Assembly: GCA_049964795.1 (NCBI GenBank)
Contig: JBMFWY010000006.1
Span: forward strand, 1-48,864
DNA length: 48,864 nucleotides
Source: Candidatus Micrarchaeia archaeon
Lineage (GTDB): Archaea; Micrarchaeota; Micrarchaeia; Micrarchaeales; Micrarchaeaceae
Direction: 5' to 3'
Under the pieces are notes generated by a model that was not told the origin of the DNA, made no database searches, and saw only the letters and a program-made list of their open reading frames with translations. Positions 19,375 to 29,959 of this stretch are shown here, piece after piece. The position numbers and the translations under genes were made by a program. Within the stretch, counting starts at the first letter, position 1. Each line of letters starts with the position of its first letter.

Positions 19375-21885
19375 TCACTTCTTGAACTTCGCGATAAGCT
19401 CCTTTGTTGGATCTATCCCGTCGCCTCCGTAGATAGTCTGTATCAAAGAACCGCTTGCATCCCTGACGCGCAGGTTTGTATCTACGTAGAAGTCCTGAAC
19501 CGCGTTTAGCACTCTCCTGTACATGTAACCGCTTACAGGCACAATCAGCTGCTTTGAGACTGAAGAGTCCCTCGAACCCATGCCGTGCATATAGTATTCC
19601 TCTATATTTATTCCTTCCATAAAGCTGGAGTCTACGAAGCCGTGCGCGCGTGGATTTGCGCTGCCCTTCTTGAAGAATGGCAGGACCCTGCCTGAATAGC
19701 CTCTTGACGGCCTTCTGCCCCTCACATCTTGCTGGCCCAGGAACATTATTGTTTGCACGAAGTTTATGATATTCCCTCTTGCTCCTATAGACGCCATAAG
19801 ATTGGCGTTGTTTTCGTTGGTCAGCTCTTTCTTAAGCAGCTTGCTTGCGGTAGTTCTTGTTTCCCTGAGTATAAGGCCAGTTAGCAACTCGAGTGTTTCT
19901 TTCCTAGTATTGCCTAGAAGAGGCTCAAGCTTGCCCTCCTTGTAGCTCTTTATCAATGCCTTGACTTTCGACTTTGCTTCGTGCAAAATCTTCTCCTTCT
20001 CGTTTTCCAGCTCCGCGGAATTGTAATAATCTTTTAGGCTTATGGTAAATCCGTGGATGTATGCTACTGCAAGAGCCACTTTCATTGCTTTTAGCATGAA
20101 CTCGGCAGTGAAATCAGATCCGTAATCCTTGTATATCTTTACAAGCAATGGGGAATTTTCCGATGCCGCAACCAAATCCTTTGAGATTACGCCTTCGGTT
20201 ATTATGCCATTCTTTATCACAAATTTGCCTCCCGAAGCACTTACTTCAAGATTGAAGTCTTTTGGAAGCAGCATTGAGAATATGGCCTTGCCAGAGTATG
20301 TGCCGTTTTTCTCCGCTTTTGGCATGTCAAATATACCGGCGCTTGAAAGTATTCTCATTGCTTCGTCCTTGCTGAAATAGGCGCCGTCCTTGGTCAAGAA
20401 ATAAAGCCCTACGAGCTCATCTTCCTCAAACGCCATTATAGGCTTGCCGTCCCTTGGCGAGAGGAGCTGCTCTTCCGAACTCATGAGGATTCTTGCTTCA
20501 GCTTGGGCCTCCAACGATTGCGGAACGTGCAGGTTCATGTCGTCCCCGTCGAAGTCGGCGTTATAGGGGTTTGTCGCAGCAACATGCAAGCGCAAGACCT
20601 TCCCTGGCAGCACCTTCACCTTGTGTGCCATTATGGAGATCCTGTGCAGTGTTGGCTGTCTGTTAAAAAGCACTATGTCATTGTCGCTAAGCTGCCTTTC
20701 TATGATATAGCCAGGGGCAAGCTCCTTCATCAAATCTTCGCGATTAAGCTCCGTTACCCTTTTCCTTATTCCCTCGCGGGTAATTACGTTTATTGCAAGA
20801 GGGTATTCTGTGCGCCCGAGGAATTCGCGCATGTAATCTATGTTCCACTGGGTCACGTACATCGGCACGGTAAGCACTGAAGCGATCTTTAGGGGTACGC
20901 CTACTTGACCTATCCTTAGGCTTCCGTCAGCAGCGATTACGGATCTTGCTGAAAAGTTGACTCTCTTTCCGCTCAGGTTGTATCTTAGCCTGCCCTCCTT
21001 GCCCTTAAGCCTTTGCGCAAAAGTCTTCAGGGGCCTCGAGCTTCTGTGCCTTGCGACAGGCACGCCGGGGGTCTCGTTATTGAAGTATGTAGTAACATGA
21101 TACTGCAAAAGCTCCCACAAATCATCTATTATAATCTGTGGCGTTCCTGCGTCTATGTCCTGCTCGAGCTTCTTGTTTATCCTTATTATCTCTACAAGCT
21201 TGTGCGTAAGGTCGTCCTCACTTCTCTCTCCTGTTTCCAATGTTATTGAAGGCCTTACATTTACAGGAGGCACAAGCAGATAGGTAAGCACAAGCCATTC
21301 GGGCCTGAATATGCTCGGATCCATGCCAAGAAGCCTTATGTCCTCATCAGGAATCTTTGAAAGCCAGTCTCTTATTTCGTCAGGCTTTATTCGCTCTCCG
21401 TCAAGATAGAACATTGTCGGCCTTTCAAATTTGACCTTTTTCTGCTTTGCGCCGCAATGCGGGCACTTGTTGGAAATTTTAAGCTTCTTCTCCTTTTCTG
21501 GAGCCACCTCGTTACCTTCTGCAATATCCTCCAGTTCTATCTTTTTCTTCTCTATCTGGTCGTCGCTGACTAAAAGCCTGTGGCACTTGTCACATGTGGA
21601 CTGGAGCATCAAATAGATAGCCTTTGCAAATTCAGAGTGTATGACTGGCCTTACAAGCTCTATGTGCCCAAAATGACCAGGGCATGTTTTTGAAGAGCCA
21701 CCGCACGTCTTGCACCTGAAGCCTGGATCAACTACCCCGAGCCTCTGGTCTATTACTCCGCCGTCTATAGGATAGCCGTCTTCGTTGTACGTATCAGGCA
21801 CTATAAGCTTGGCTACGCTGATTTTTTTTATGAGCTCCGGGCTCATTATCATGAACTGTATATTCTTTATAGATTCGGCCTGCAT
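19375..21885 (-). CDS. rpoA1: RNA polymerase subunit A' (Rpo1N)
   Basis: [39 protein letters not shown]. Confidence 0.98.
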   Translation of the reverse strand: MQAESIKNIQFMIMSPELIKKISVAKLIVPDTYNEDGYPIDGGVIDQRLGVVDPGFRCKTCGGSSKTCPGHFGHIELVRPVIHSEFAKAIYLMLQSTCDKCHRLLVSDDQIEKKKIELEDIAEGNEVAPEKEKKLKISNKCPHCGAKQKKVKFERPTMFYLDGERIKPDEIRDWLSKIPDEDIRLLGMDPSIFRPEWLVLTYLLVPPVNVRPSITLETGERSEDDLTHKLVEIIRINKKLEQDIDAGTPQIIIDDLWELLQYHVTTYFNNETPGVPVARHRSSRPLKTFAQRLKGKEGRLRYNLSGKRVNFSARSVIAADGSLRIGQVGVPLKIASVLTVPMYVTQWNIDYMREFLGRTEYPLAINVITREGIRKRVTELNREDLMKELAPGYIIERQLSDNDIVLFNRQPTLHRISIMAHKVKVLPGKVLRLHVAATNPYNADFDGDDMNLHVPQSLEAQAEARILMSSEEQLLSPRDGKPIMAFEEDELVGLYFLTKDGAYFSKDEAMRILSSAGIFDMPKAEKNGTYSGKAIFSMLLPKDFNLEVSASGGKFVIKNGIITEGVISKDLVAASENSPLLVKIYKDYGSDFTAEFMLKAMKVALAVAYIHGFTISLKDYYNSAELENEKEKILHEAKSKVKALIKSYKEGKLEPLLGNTRKETLELLTGLILRETRTTASKLLKKELTNENNANLMASIGARGNIINFVQTIMFLGQQDVRGRRPSRGYSGRVLPFFKKGSANPRAHGFVDSSFMEGINIEEYYMHGMGSRDSSVSKQLIVPVSGYMYRRVLNAVQDFYVDTNLRVRDASGSLIQTIYGGDGIDPTKELIAKFKK

Positions 21886-21891
21886 GCAAAA

Positions 21892-23718
21892 TCACTCGCT
21901 TTCAACTTTCATGTTCGTCCTTATGTGAAGAGAATTTATCTCGTAAAGCAAAAGTTTGAATGCGTTGCTTATCTCAATGCGTTCCAAATTGTTGCCTCCG
22001 CACATTGGGCATACCGGCACGTTCTTTATGTAGTTGAAATATCCAATGTCGCCGCAGTCCTTGCAAACCCATACCGAAGTCTTGTCGCTCTGCTCTAGCA
22101 TTCTCTCCTTCAGGAGCAAGCTTGCGCCGTGTCCTACCAATGCATCTCTTTCCATTTCTCCGAACCTCATGCCTCCGCCCCTTGCCTTTCCTTCCGTAGG
22201 CTGCCTCGTGAGAATCTGGACAGGTCCCCTGCTTCTGACTTGGAGGTGATTTATTGTCATATGGTAAAGCCGGTTGTAGTAAACCACGCCCATGAAAACC
22301 TTGGATTGGAAGCTCTTGCCAGTCCTTCCATCATAAAGCACTTCATCTCCAAACTTGTCAAAGCCGTAAGATTCAAGCTCCTTCCCAAAATTTTCCATTG
22401 CTTCGACGCCATCAACTGAGAAAGTGGTGCCGTCTATATACTTTCCTGCAAGCGATGCTGCTTTCACGCCTAGCATCTCGAGCATGTGTCCTACTGTCAT
22501 TCTGCTAGGAAGGCTGTGCGGATTAAGGATCAAGTCAGGCACTATACCTTCGCGGGTAAATGGCAGATCCTCTTGGTTTACTATCAGCGCGACTACACCT
22601 TTTTGCCCGTGTCTGCTCGCAAATTTATCGCCGAGCTCTGGAATCGTTATGCTTCTTACCCTGACTTTCACTATTTTTGTAGCCCCTGAGGTCTCGCTAA
22701 GTAGCACGTTATCGACAACGCCATCTTCCCCCATTCTAAGGGTTGTGGAATTATCCATGTTCTTTTCCTCGCTTATGCCGAAAGAGGTCTGCTCTTCAAG
22801 GAACCTTGGCGGAGAGGTTTTGCCTATAAGAACATCGCCCTCGTGCACCTCGGTCTCCTTTTCTATTATGCCGTCTTCGCTGAGCTTTGCGTATGCGTGC
22901 TCGCCGAGATAGCCGTCAGTAGAAGGCAGGGGAACTCGTATCTTATCCTTTTGGCCTCCTGGATATCTCCTCTCTTCATCGGAATATGTCCTGAAGAAGA
23001 CGCTGCGACCCAAGCCGCGATCTACTGCTGCCTTGTTAAGCACTACCGCATCCTTCATGTTGTACCCGTAGTAGGTCGATAGCGCAACAACAAAATTCTG
23101 GCCCGAAGGATGCTTCTCCATTTTAAGGGAGCGGTATGCTACGCTTGTTAGTATTGGCATTTGAGGATAAAAAAGCATGTAAGCCCTTGCATCGTACCTG
23201 TTGTTGAAATTGAATGCGTAGACGCCTTGGCTTTGCTTCATGAAGTTCATGTTTATTGCGTGCCTTCCCATCTGGTTGTGGTCCATGTATACATTCAAGT
23301 TTGCGGTAAGGCCGAGCATGTAAACTGGGTCTATGACAAGATGCGTAGTTTCCGGTGTTATTTTGTCCTCGCTTGTTGCTATCAGCGCATCTTCCTCTTC
23401 TTCCGCGTCAAGGTATTCGATTACGCCTCTTCTTACAAGATAGTTGAAATCTATCTCGTTGTTTGCGAGCTTTTGCTTAAGCTCGGGGGTAAACTTGCTT
23501 GCACCATTTTCTACTATTATATAAGGCGCCCTTACCCTACCCTTGTCTATGTTGAGATGAACCTCATTGAGCTTTTTAGAATAAAAGATGTTGACTTCGC
23601 CTGATATCAAACCCTGCCTTCTGTTTTTCTTGATTTCGTTTACAAACGCCTCCCCGTCGGCTACGCGCGTCAGCTCTTTGCCGTTCAGGTATACCCTGCA
23701 TTTTTTATCTTCGCTCAA
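21892..23718 (-). CDS. rpoB1: RNA polymerase subunit B' (Rpo2C)
   Basis: GDKFASRHGQKG, PSRMT, RQPTEGKARGGGMRFGEMERD, C-terminal Zn finger; TTG start. Confidence 0.97.
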   Translation of the reverse strand: MSEDKKCRVYLNGKELTRVADGEAFVNEIKKNRRQGLISGEVNIFYSKKLNEVHLNIDKGRVRAPYIIVENGASKFTPELKQKLANNEIDFNYLVRRGVIEYLDAEEEEDALIATSEDKITPETTHLVIDPVYMLGLTANLNVYMDHNQMGRHAINMNFMKQSQGVYAFNFNNRYDARAYMLFYPQMPILTSVAYRSLKMEKHPSGQNFVVALSTYYGYNMKDAVVLNKAAVDRGLGRSVFFRTYSDEERRYPGGQKDKIRVPLPSTDGYLGEHAYAKLSEDGIIEKETEVHEGDVLIGKTSPPRFLEEQTSFGISEEKNMDNSTTLRMGEDGVVDNVLLSETSGATKIVKVRVRSITIPELGDKFASRHGQKGVVALIVNQEDLPFTREGIVPDLILNPHSLPSRMTVGHMLEMLGVKAASLAGKYIDGTTFSVDGVEAMENFGKELESYGFDKFGDEVLYDGRTGKSFQSKVFMGVVYYNRLYHMTINHLQVRSRGPVQILTRQPTEGKARGGGMRFGEMERDALVGHGASLLLKERMLEQSDKTSVWVCKDCGDIGYFNYIKNVPVCPMCGGNNLERIEISNAFKLLLYEINSLHIRTNMKVESE

Positions 23719-23741
23719 GCAAACACTCCTATAAACTTTAA

Positions 23742-25205
23742 TTAAAGCAGCTTCAGTTCCTTTAGCTTGCCCTTAAGCTGCTCTTCGTCAGCGCCAAAAG
23801 AAACTCTTGCAGTTATTGAGAGATATCTTGTAAGGCCAACTTCACCGCCCTCTGGCGTTTCGCTGGGGCAGATTTTGCCGAGATGGGTGCCGTGTATGTC
23901 CCTCGCCTTGAAATGTGCGTGCTTTTTGGCGAGAGGCGATTTTATCCTGCGCAAATGCGCAAGAGTGCTAATCATGTTTATCCTGTCAAGCACTTGCGAT
24001 ACTCCTGTATAGCCGCCTGGCCACGCACCCGTGCCCATCGAATAGAGAATCTTGTCGGTAAGCGTATCTGGATTTATGCTTGTTCTCACCGAGAGCTTCC
24101 TTCCTCTTGCAGTAGTCTTTTCGACATGGTACTTTATGTCCTGCACAAAAGACTTGAAAGCTTCGTTGAAAAGGTCTTCAAGCAAATCTCCCGCAAACCT
24201 CACGCGCTTGTTGGCATAATGGTCCTTGTCGTCCTGCTTTATGTAATTGTACGCTATCAGCGAATTCTTTTCGGCCATTCTCAACAGGAAATAAGCCTTG
24301 CTCTTCCTGCTTTCCTCAGTTACCCCAAGATGCGGCAGAAGGTAGGTATCAATCTGCATCTCAGCGCGCTTTTCCTGATAGCTCTTAGACTGGCTTGGAA
24401 CTGTTATCTTGCCCAACTCACCGAGCGCTTCTGCGATGCCCATTTCTTTTGCCTTGCTCGTCTCTATGTTGAGCATGAAGTCATTTTTGACATCCTCGTT
24501 TGAAGTGCTTTCGATTATCTCATTCATGCTCAAGCCCATTGCGCGCAGCACGAGTATCAAATCAATGCCTTTTGTAACTTTAGGGAATGAAACCGTGAAT
24601 ATACCATAAGCGTCCCTCTCTACGCTGCACCTGCTCTTGAAATTCAAAGTTGTTGAGAATATTTTTGAAACTACTGTTTTCCCATCCTTGGAGCTCATCA
24701 CACGGTTTGGAGCAAGATCCTCTATACCTATTAGCACGCGCTCTGTCCCCCTTATTATGAAATAGCCCCCGGGGTCGTCAGGATCTTCCCCGTTTCTTAT
24801 CAGCTGCTCCCTCGTCATGTTCTTCAAGTAGCACAGATTGCTTTTCACCATGACAGGAAGCTCCCCTATGAAGACCTCACCTGCGCTATCGAGCTTCTCT
24901 ATGTTGCTTATCATAGGCACGTATGTTATGTACATGGCCGCCGCGTACGTCAAATTGCGCGCGATTGCCTCGTTAGGAGTTATGTTTCTAGTAGAACTGT
25001 CAACCTCTATGACTCTGGGCTGCTCAAGCCTTATGTTGCCAAGCTTTATTGCAAAATCAGACACGTCTGGCTCTATAAGGCTGTGGTTCTCTATGATCTT
25101 AGGAAGCGTTACGCTTACAAACCTGTTGTAGCTTTCTATCTGGTGCTGCACTACGGAATTAGATTTCAAGTACGATTCGATCAGTTCATGGCTAGAGCCT
25201 ATCAT
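23742..25205 (-). CDS. rpoB2: RNA polymerase subunit B'' (Rpo2N)
   Basis: DPGGYFIIRGTERV, DDKDHYANKR, GVSQVLDR, CPSETPEG. Confidence 0.97.
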   Translation of the reverse strand: MIGSSHELIESYLKSNSVVQHQIESYNRFVSVTLPKIIENHSLIEPDVSDFAIKLGNIRLEQPRVIEVDSSTRNITPNEAIARNLTYAAAMYITYVPMISNIEKLDSAGEVFIGELPVMVKSNLCYLKNMTREQLIRNGEDPDDPGGYFIIRGTERVLIGIEDLAPNRVMSSKDGKTVVSKIFSTTLNFKSRCSVERDAYGIFTVSFPKVTKGIDLILVLRAMGLSMNEIIESTSNEDVKNDFMLNIETSKAKEMGIAEALGELGKITVPSQSKSYQEKRAEMQIDTYLLPHLGVTEESRKSKAYFLLRMAEKNSLIAYNYIKQDDKDHYANKRVRFAGDLLEDLFNEAFKSFVQDIKYHVEKTTARGRKLSVRTSINPDTLTDKILYSMGTGAWPGGYTGVSQVLDRINMISTLAHLRRIKSPLAKKHAHFKARDIHGTHLGKICPSETPEGGEVGLTRYLSITARVSFGADEEQLKGKLKELKLL

Positions 25206-25231
25206 GCAATTTCACCTGATTTAAAAAGGCG

Positions 25232-25459
25232 TTATGCCTCGTCTACTACTACGCGGTAGTAGACATACTTTCCCGTAGGGTCGTCTCGGTATATCGCGAC
25301 AAGCTGGCCTGGCTTTGGATTTAACTTTGCTATTTGCGGGTCGGTCTTAAGTATGCGCGGAAACTTGTCCAAAGGGGTAGCCAGTTTTTTAATTACCTCC
25401 TGTGCCTTTTTGTCGTCAAGCAGTTCATGCTTGACCACAATATCGAAATCATAATCCAA
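25232..25459 (-). CDS. rpoH: RNA polymerase subunit H (Rpo5)
   Basis: KHELL...PRILKTDP...YYRVVV; TTG start after GGTGA; first gene of the rpo operon. Confidence 0.92.
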   Translation of the reverse strand: MDYDFDIVVKHELLDDKKAQEVIKKLATPLDKFPRILKTDPQIAKLNPKPGQLVAIYRDDPTGKYVYYRVVVDEA

Positions 25460-25649
25460 CAGCTCACCAAAAGGCGCAATCAATAGAGAGCAGAGCATCT
25501 CGTGCTGAAGCGGGCCTCAATCTTCTATCTTTTGAGATAGGAAACAAATAAATACCTTATGAAAATATGCGTTTATCTAGGGAATAGCGGAAACTTTGTG
25601 ATTTTGCAGCTTGCAAGGGTTCCCCTGCTTTAAATATGCTTTGGGGAAG

Positions 25650-26414
25650 TCAACGGCGCGTTCTTTTTGGACTTGGGGCTTTGGAAGAATTGGAATTCTT
25701 GCCTGCATATGCTTTTCGTTTCGGCTGCGAAGATTCCGGCAGCTGGCGGAACTCGTCCATTATGTATCGCGAAGAGTTGAAGAGCAAAGATGCGCCTATG
25801 ATTCCGAAGATCGTTATGAGAGAGGCCATAGATAAGAATAGACTAAAGCGCAAAAGTTCGCTGGACTGCTGCACATTCATGTAAACGGGTACGCTTGTCA
25901 TGCTTGAATATAGGGATAGCATCCCAAACAGGAATATGATCCAAAGCGAAAGCGCCCCGAATGCAATCTCATTGTAATGGTGCTTGAAGATAACATAAAC
26001 GGATAGGTAAAATACCCATAGCACGCCGCCGAAGCTGAACAGGAATATCAAAGGCTCTATCATGCTGTTGAAAAAAAGAATGGGAACAAAGAAAGCTACG
26101 GTGCCTACTACAATGGAAGTGAGCCATATGGCTGTGTGCCTGCTGTGCTCTTTGTGCTCTACTTCATCCATAAAGCGCACTACCGAAATGTGCGCATTTA
26201 CAAAGCTGGAAATGAGGACAGCTACAGTAATTAATATGAGAAGAAGCCAAAATGCGAGCTCTGCTATGTAGTTTGAGTAGAAGGAGGTTGAGAGCATAGA
26301 GGTAAAGGCCATGCCTATTGCGAGAGCCAAAGAAAAGGTGAGCATCGATATCCCTATGGCTCGCCTATATGAGAACGCCCAGTATCTTTTTATATGCTCT
26401 CTAACATATTTCAT
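25650..26414 (-). CDS. Hypothetical polytopic membrane protein (~6 TM)
   Basis: Multiple hydrophobic helices, basic C-terminal tail. Start set at MKYVRE to avoid the tRNA-Leu promoter region. Confidence 0.7.
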   Translation of the reverse strand: MKYVREHIKRYWAFSYRRAIGISMLTFSLALAIGMAFTSMLSTSFYSNYIAELAFWLLLILITVAVLISSFVNAHISVVRFMDEVEHKEHSRHTAIWLTSIVVGTVAFFVPILFFNSMIEPLIFLFSFGGVLWVFYLSVYVIFKHHYNEIAFGALSLWIIFLFGMLSLYSSMTSVPVYMNVQQSSELLRFSLFLSMASLITIFGIIGASLLFNSSRYIMDEFRQLPESSQPKRKAYAGKNSNSSKAPSPKRTRR

Positions 26415-26515
26415 ACAAACACTAGGGCTATCGCAAGCATTTTCCCTTTGGGCTTTGCATTGTTTATGTTGCTCATCTGGTATTAAAAAACTTTCCCTAT
26501 AAAAGTTTTGGTAAT

Positions 26516-26601
26516 GCAGGGATAGCAAAGTCTGGCCAAATGCGGCGGGTTCAGGGCTCGCTCCCTTAGCGGGTTCGGGAGTTCAAATCTCCCTCCCTGC
26601 A
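26516..26601 (+). tRNA. tRNA-Leu(CAG)
   Basis: GCAGGGA/TCCCTGC acceptor stem, GCGGG-TTCAGGG-CTCGC anticodon arm, long variable arm, GGGAG-TTCAAAT-CTCCC T-arm. Confidence 0.95.
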
Positions 26602-26632
26602 TAAAATCAAGATGGCGGCGCTGATAACGCTC

Positions 26633-28363
26633 TTAACGTTGAAGCAGCTTTTGCAAATCTTTCAAAGGAAGCGCATTTATGACCTTTTTCTTCTGAAGCC
26701 AGCCCCTGCGTGCTGTGCCAATGCCGTACCTCATAAATTCCAAATGTGAAGTTCTATGCGCGTCCGTCCCTATAGAAAAAAGAACTTTGTATTTTGAGGC
26801 TAACATTATGTTTGTATCGCTAAGATCCAGCCTGTTGGGAAAAGAGTTGATTTCCATTACAACCCCGTTCCTTTCCGCGGCTTCCAGAACCTTTTCTAGA
26901 TTTACAGGATAGGCCTCTCTGCTGTTTATTACCCTTCCGGTAGGATGCGCAAGTATGTGTATATACCCGCTGTCAAGCGCCTTTACAATTCTGCTTGTCA
27001 TCTCGCCTTCGGTCATATTAAATGAGGAGTGCACCGCGCCAAGAACGCAATCCATCTCCTTGAGCAGTGACTTGTCCAAATCGAGGGAGCCGTCTTTTAG
27101 TATGTCCATTTCCGCCCCTTTTAGTATCCTTATCCTGCCTCCAAGTGCATCGTTTAGCTTGTCCACATGCTTAAAGAACTCCCTGAACTGGCTTTCATTC
27201 ATACCTCTTGCTATCTTTAGGCTTTTTGTGTGGTTGGTAGTCGCAAAGTATTCCCTGCCAAGCGCCATTGCCGCGTCAGCCATCTCTTCTATAGTATTCG
27301 CGCCGTCGGTTTCTTTTGTATGCGTGTGCAAATCACCCCTTATGTCGGAAAGCTCGACAAGCTTTGGAATCTTGTGCTCGAGAGAAAGCTCCACTTCACC
27401 CCTGTCTTCTCTCATTTCAGGCGGCATGTATTGCATGCCAAGCTTTTCGTAGATGCTTTCCTCTCCTGAAAAAGGTATGATCTTGCCCTTTTTGTCAAAA
27501 AGCCCGTATTCATTCAGTTTGTATCCTTTCTTTATGGCTATTTTTCTTACCTTTATGTTGTGCTCCTTGTTGCCTGTAAAATATTGCAAGGCCGCGCCAA
27601 AGCTCTCCGGCGCTATTACGCGGAGGTCGCAGCTCAAGCCAATTTTTAGCCATACTGTGGTCTTCGTGTCGCCTTTTACTATTACGCTTTCTACATCATC
27701 AATGCTGGAAAAAAAGTCCATTACCTCCTTGCCCTTCTTTGATATTGCAAGTATGTCTATATCCCCAACTGTTTCGCGCATCCTTCGTGTCGAGCCTGCA
27801 ATCAGCGCCTTTTCCACCATGCTGCTTTGAAGCAGCTTCTTGACTATTGATTCTGCCACTGGAAGCGCATCGCCAAGCAGCATCCTGCCCTTGCTTGTGC
27901 TGAGAAGCTCGAGCCCTTTTGCAAGCAATTCCTCGCTTTTCTCCCCGAATCCGGGCAGCGAGCGTATTTTATGGCTTTCGATTGCTTTTTTCAGGCTATC
28001 TAGATCCTTCACTCCGAGGGTTTTGTAGAGCACAGCTATCTTTTTTGGGCCCAAGCCCTCTATAGAAGTAAGTGACTTGAAATCTATAGGATACTTCTTT
28101 TTCAGCGTATTGTATTTTTCTATCTTTCCTGTTTTCAAGAATTCTTCGATTTTGCCTGCCAGCCCCTTGCCGATTCCGGGAAGCTTCATGAGCGCATCTA
28201 TGCCGCCCCTTGCGTAAACATCTTCGACAGGCTCCTGCAGAGTTGAAAGCGTCAACGCGGCCTTTTGATAAGCGTTGACTTCGAAGCGCGAGCTTGCTGT
28301 TTCCTCTATTGAAAGCATGCTTGCTATTTCATTGAACAAATCGGCAATGATCTTGTTTTTCAT
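26633..28363 (-). CDS. polX: DNA polymerase X with PHP 3'-5' exonuclease domain
   Basis: HhH repeats (LPGIGK, IEGLGPK), GSTRR..ETVGDID, YFTG, PHP motifs HTHT, AHP, TDAH. Confidence 0.95.
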   Translation of the reverse strand: MKNKIIADLFNEIASMLSIEETASSRFEVNAYQKAALTLSTLQEPVEDVYARGGIDALMKLPGIGKGLAGKIEEFLKTGKIEKYNTLKKKYPIDFKSLTSIEGLGPKKIAVLYKTLGVKDLDSLKKAIESHKIRSLPGFGEKSEELLAKGLELLSTSKGRMLLGDALPVAESIVKKLLQSSMVEKALIAGSTRRMRETVGDIDILAISKKGKEVMDFFSSIDDVESVIVKGDTKTTVWLKIGLSCDLRVIAPESFGAALQYFTGNKEHNIKVRKIAIKKGYKLNEYGLFDKKGKIIPFSGEESIYEKLGMQYMPPEMREDRGEVELSLEHKIPKLVELSDIRGDLHTHTKETDGANTIEEMADAAMALGREYFATTNHTKSLKIARGMNESQFREFFKHVDKLNDALGGRIRILKGAEMDILKDGSLDLDKSLLKEMDCVLGAVHSSFNMTEGEMTSRIVKALDSGYIHILAHPTGRVINSREAYPVNLEKVLEAAERNGVVMEINSFPNRLDLSDTNIMLASKYKVLFSIGTDAHRTSHLEFMRYGIGTARRGWLQKKKVINALPLKDLQKLLQR

Positions 28364-28461
28364 TTTGCTTCCCCAGATGGCTCAAAACCGCAAATTTGCC
28401 CGCTTTTCATTGCAAAAAGAGTTATTTTATCCTTTTCTAAAACATATATTTACATGAGCAT

Positions 28462-29040
28462 ATGCCCAAGGAGCTGCAGGGGAGTGGAGAAAAATACAAC
28501 AGGCTCTACCTCCTGATCATAGAAAGGTACAAGGAGTATATAGAAGAAAAAGAAAGGCTCTCCGTTGCAGAGCTTCCTAGGCTTGTTACCCCATACAGCC
28601 CAGGAGTTGCAAAGAAAGCAGAGGAAATAAAAGAGAGCTTTCCCAGCTATTCCTATAACCTAAATTTTTACGAAGCGAGCGTAAAGGCGTTTGAATTTGT
28701 TAAGAGTAGTATAGAAGAGGTTGTATTGCCTCTGCAATTTTGGCTTACTCCTGAGGAAACACTCGAATTCGAGATGGGCGATGAAATAGACAAGAATATA
28801 CTGCTGTGCAGCATCCTGGTCGCGCTGGGAAACCCTTCGGCTAAAGTTCTTATGCACATAAAAGACAGCGTGAGAAAGACGATAGTTTATCTAGAATTCG
28901 AAGGCAAAGTATATGTGCTGGACTTTGAAGAAGGCATAAGCGTTTTTGGCGGCTACAAAGAAATGCTTGGGCACTTGGACATAGGCGAGGAATCCACAGC
29001 TTACGAATTCAACGACAGAACTTATAGGGACATCGCATAA
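28462..29040 (+). CDS. Transglutaminase-like domain protein, probably inactive
   Basis: FWLTPEETL....GDEID..ILLCSIL..LG resembles the W..P.ETL....GDCED motif but lacks the Cys. Confidence 0.6.
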   Translation: MPKELQGSGEKYNRLYLLIIERYKEYIEEKERLSVAELPRLVTPYSPGVAKKAEEIKESFPSYSYNLNFYEASVKAFEFVKSSIEEVVLPLQFWLTPEETLEFEMGDEIDKNILLCSILVALGNPSAKVLMHIKDSVRKTIVYLEFEGKVYVLDFEEGISVFGGYKEMLGHLDIGEESTAYEFNDRTYRDIA

Positions 29041-29098
29041 AAGAGGCAAATGCGGCATGATAAAAACAAAAAAAAGAAACAGCCAAGCCTCCAGCTAT

Positions 29099-29227
29099 TT
29101 ATGCCCTTCTCAACTTGTGCTTCTGCGAGCGCAAGACCTTCCTATGTTCTGCCTTCAGCCTTGCCGCTTTCTGGCTCCTGTATTTCTTTCCTTTCTTCCT
29201 GTTTGACTTTGGTATTGTTTTCTGCAT
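29099..29227 (-). CDS. Small, very basic protein (42 aa)
   Basis: ATG...TAA ORF MQKTIPKSNRKKGKKYRSQKAARLKAEHRKVLRSQKHKLRRA, GTGGT RBS-like motif upstream, fills an otherwise empty gap. Confidence 0.6.
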   Translation of the reverse strand: MQKTIPKSNRKKGKKYRSQKAARLKAEHRKVLRSQKHKLRRA

Positions 29228-29330
29228 TCTTACCACTTTGTTAAGCAGCCCATACAAATTTTGCGTTTGCCATGTAGAGATTTTTATAGCACCGCGGAAT
29301 TTTGCAATAGCACAATAAAGAGTTTTCAGC

Positions 29331-29834
29331 TTATTTCTTTCGCATTGTTATTTCCAGCACCCCGTTGTTGTATTTGAGCGAATAGCTTTTCTCGTCAACT
29401 TCGCTGCCTAATGGCACCACTTTATGGTATGACCGGTCTTTGTTAGATGCAGATATCTCCATGCTTTTACCGTCAAATTCGACGTGTATGTCGCGTTCGC
29501 TTACTCCCGGCATTTCTGCAATGACAGTTATTTCGCGGCTTTTGTCTATTACATCGACCAGCGGCTCTCTATTTTCTGAAAGAGTTACATGCTCATTTTG
29601 CATTCCTACATTTCCAAAGCTTTCCACGGTCGGCGAGCCGCTTTCACCTATCTTTATATTGAAGCCGAAGACTATTGGCTGGTCAAGCGCGCTGGTCTTT
29701 GCAAACTGCTTGTCTGCATGCTCGAGAAACCTGCTTATAAACTTGTTTATGTTGTTCAAATCCAGCTCTTCGAAATTGCCTGCATTGCCATCTTTTCCTG
29801 AAGAAGGGCCGCCATTTTGTTTTTTCTTCGCCAT
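29331..29834 (-). CDS. Small heat-shock protein Hsp20
   Basis: FGN...REPLVDV, IAEMPGV, YNNGVLEI alpha-crystallin motifs. Confidence 0.92.
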   Translation of the reverse strand: MAKKKQNGGPSSGKDGNAGNFEELDLNNINKFISRFLEHADKQFAKTSALDQPIVFGFNIKIGESGSPTVESFGNVGMQNEHVTLSENREPLVDVIDKSREITVIAEMPGVSERDIHVEFDGKSMEISASNKDRSYHKVVPLGSEVDEKSYSLKYNNGVLEITMRKK

Positions 29835-29959
29835 TTTATCAAAGAAGTTTGCCCTCAAAAGTATAAAATACTTGTGCTTGCAAAATCACTTTTTCAAATC
29901 TTGAAAAGAGCGCAGCGCAAGATTTACTTGGAAGAGGATAGAACGTGCTTGCTGCTCTG

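Noticed and set aside
19525-19580. Possible compensating frameshifts explaining the odd bridge helix (EGL appears in another frame)
   Set aside because: The alternative frame continues FSLKAADC, not the consensus, and the register does not fit; the main frame keeps the exact helix length.
26516-28363. Integrated element at tRNA-Leu
   Set aside because: No integrase and no duplicated tRNA 3' end seen in the window.
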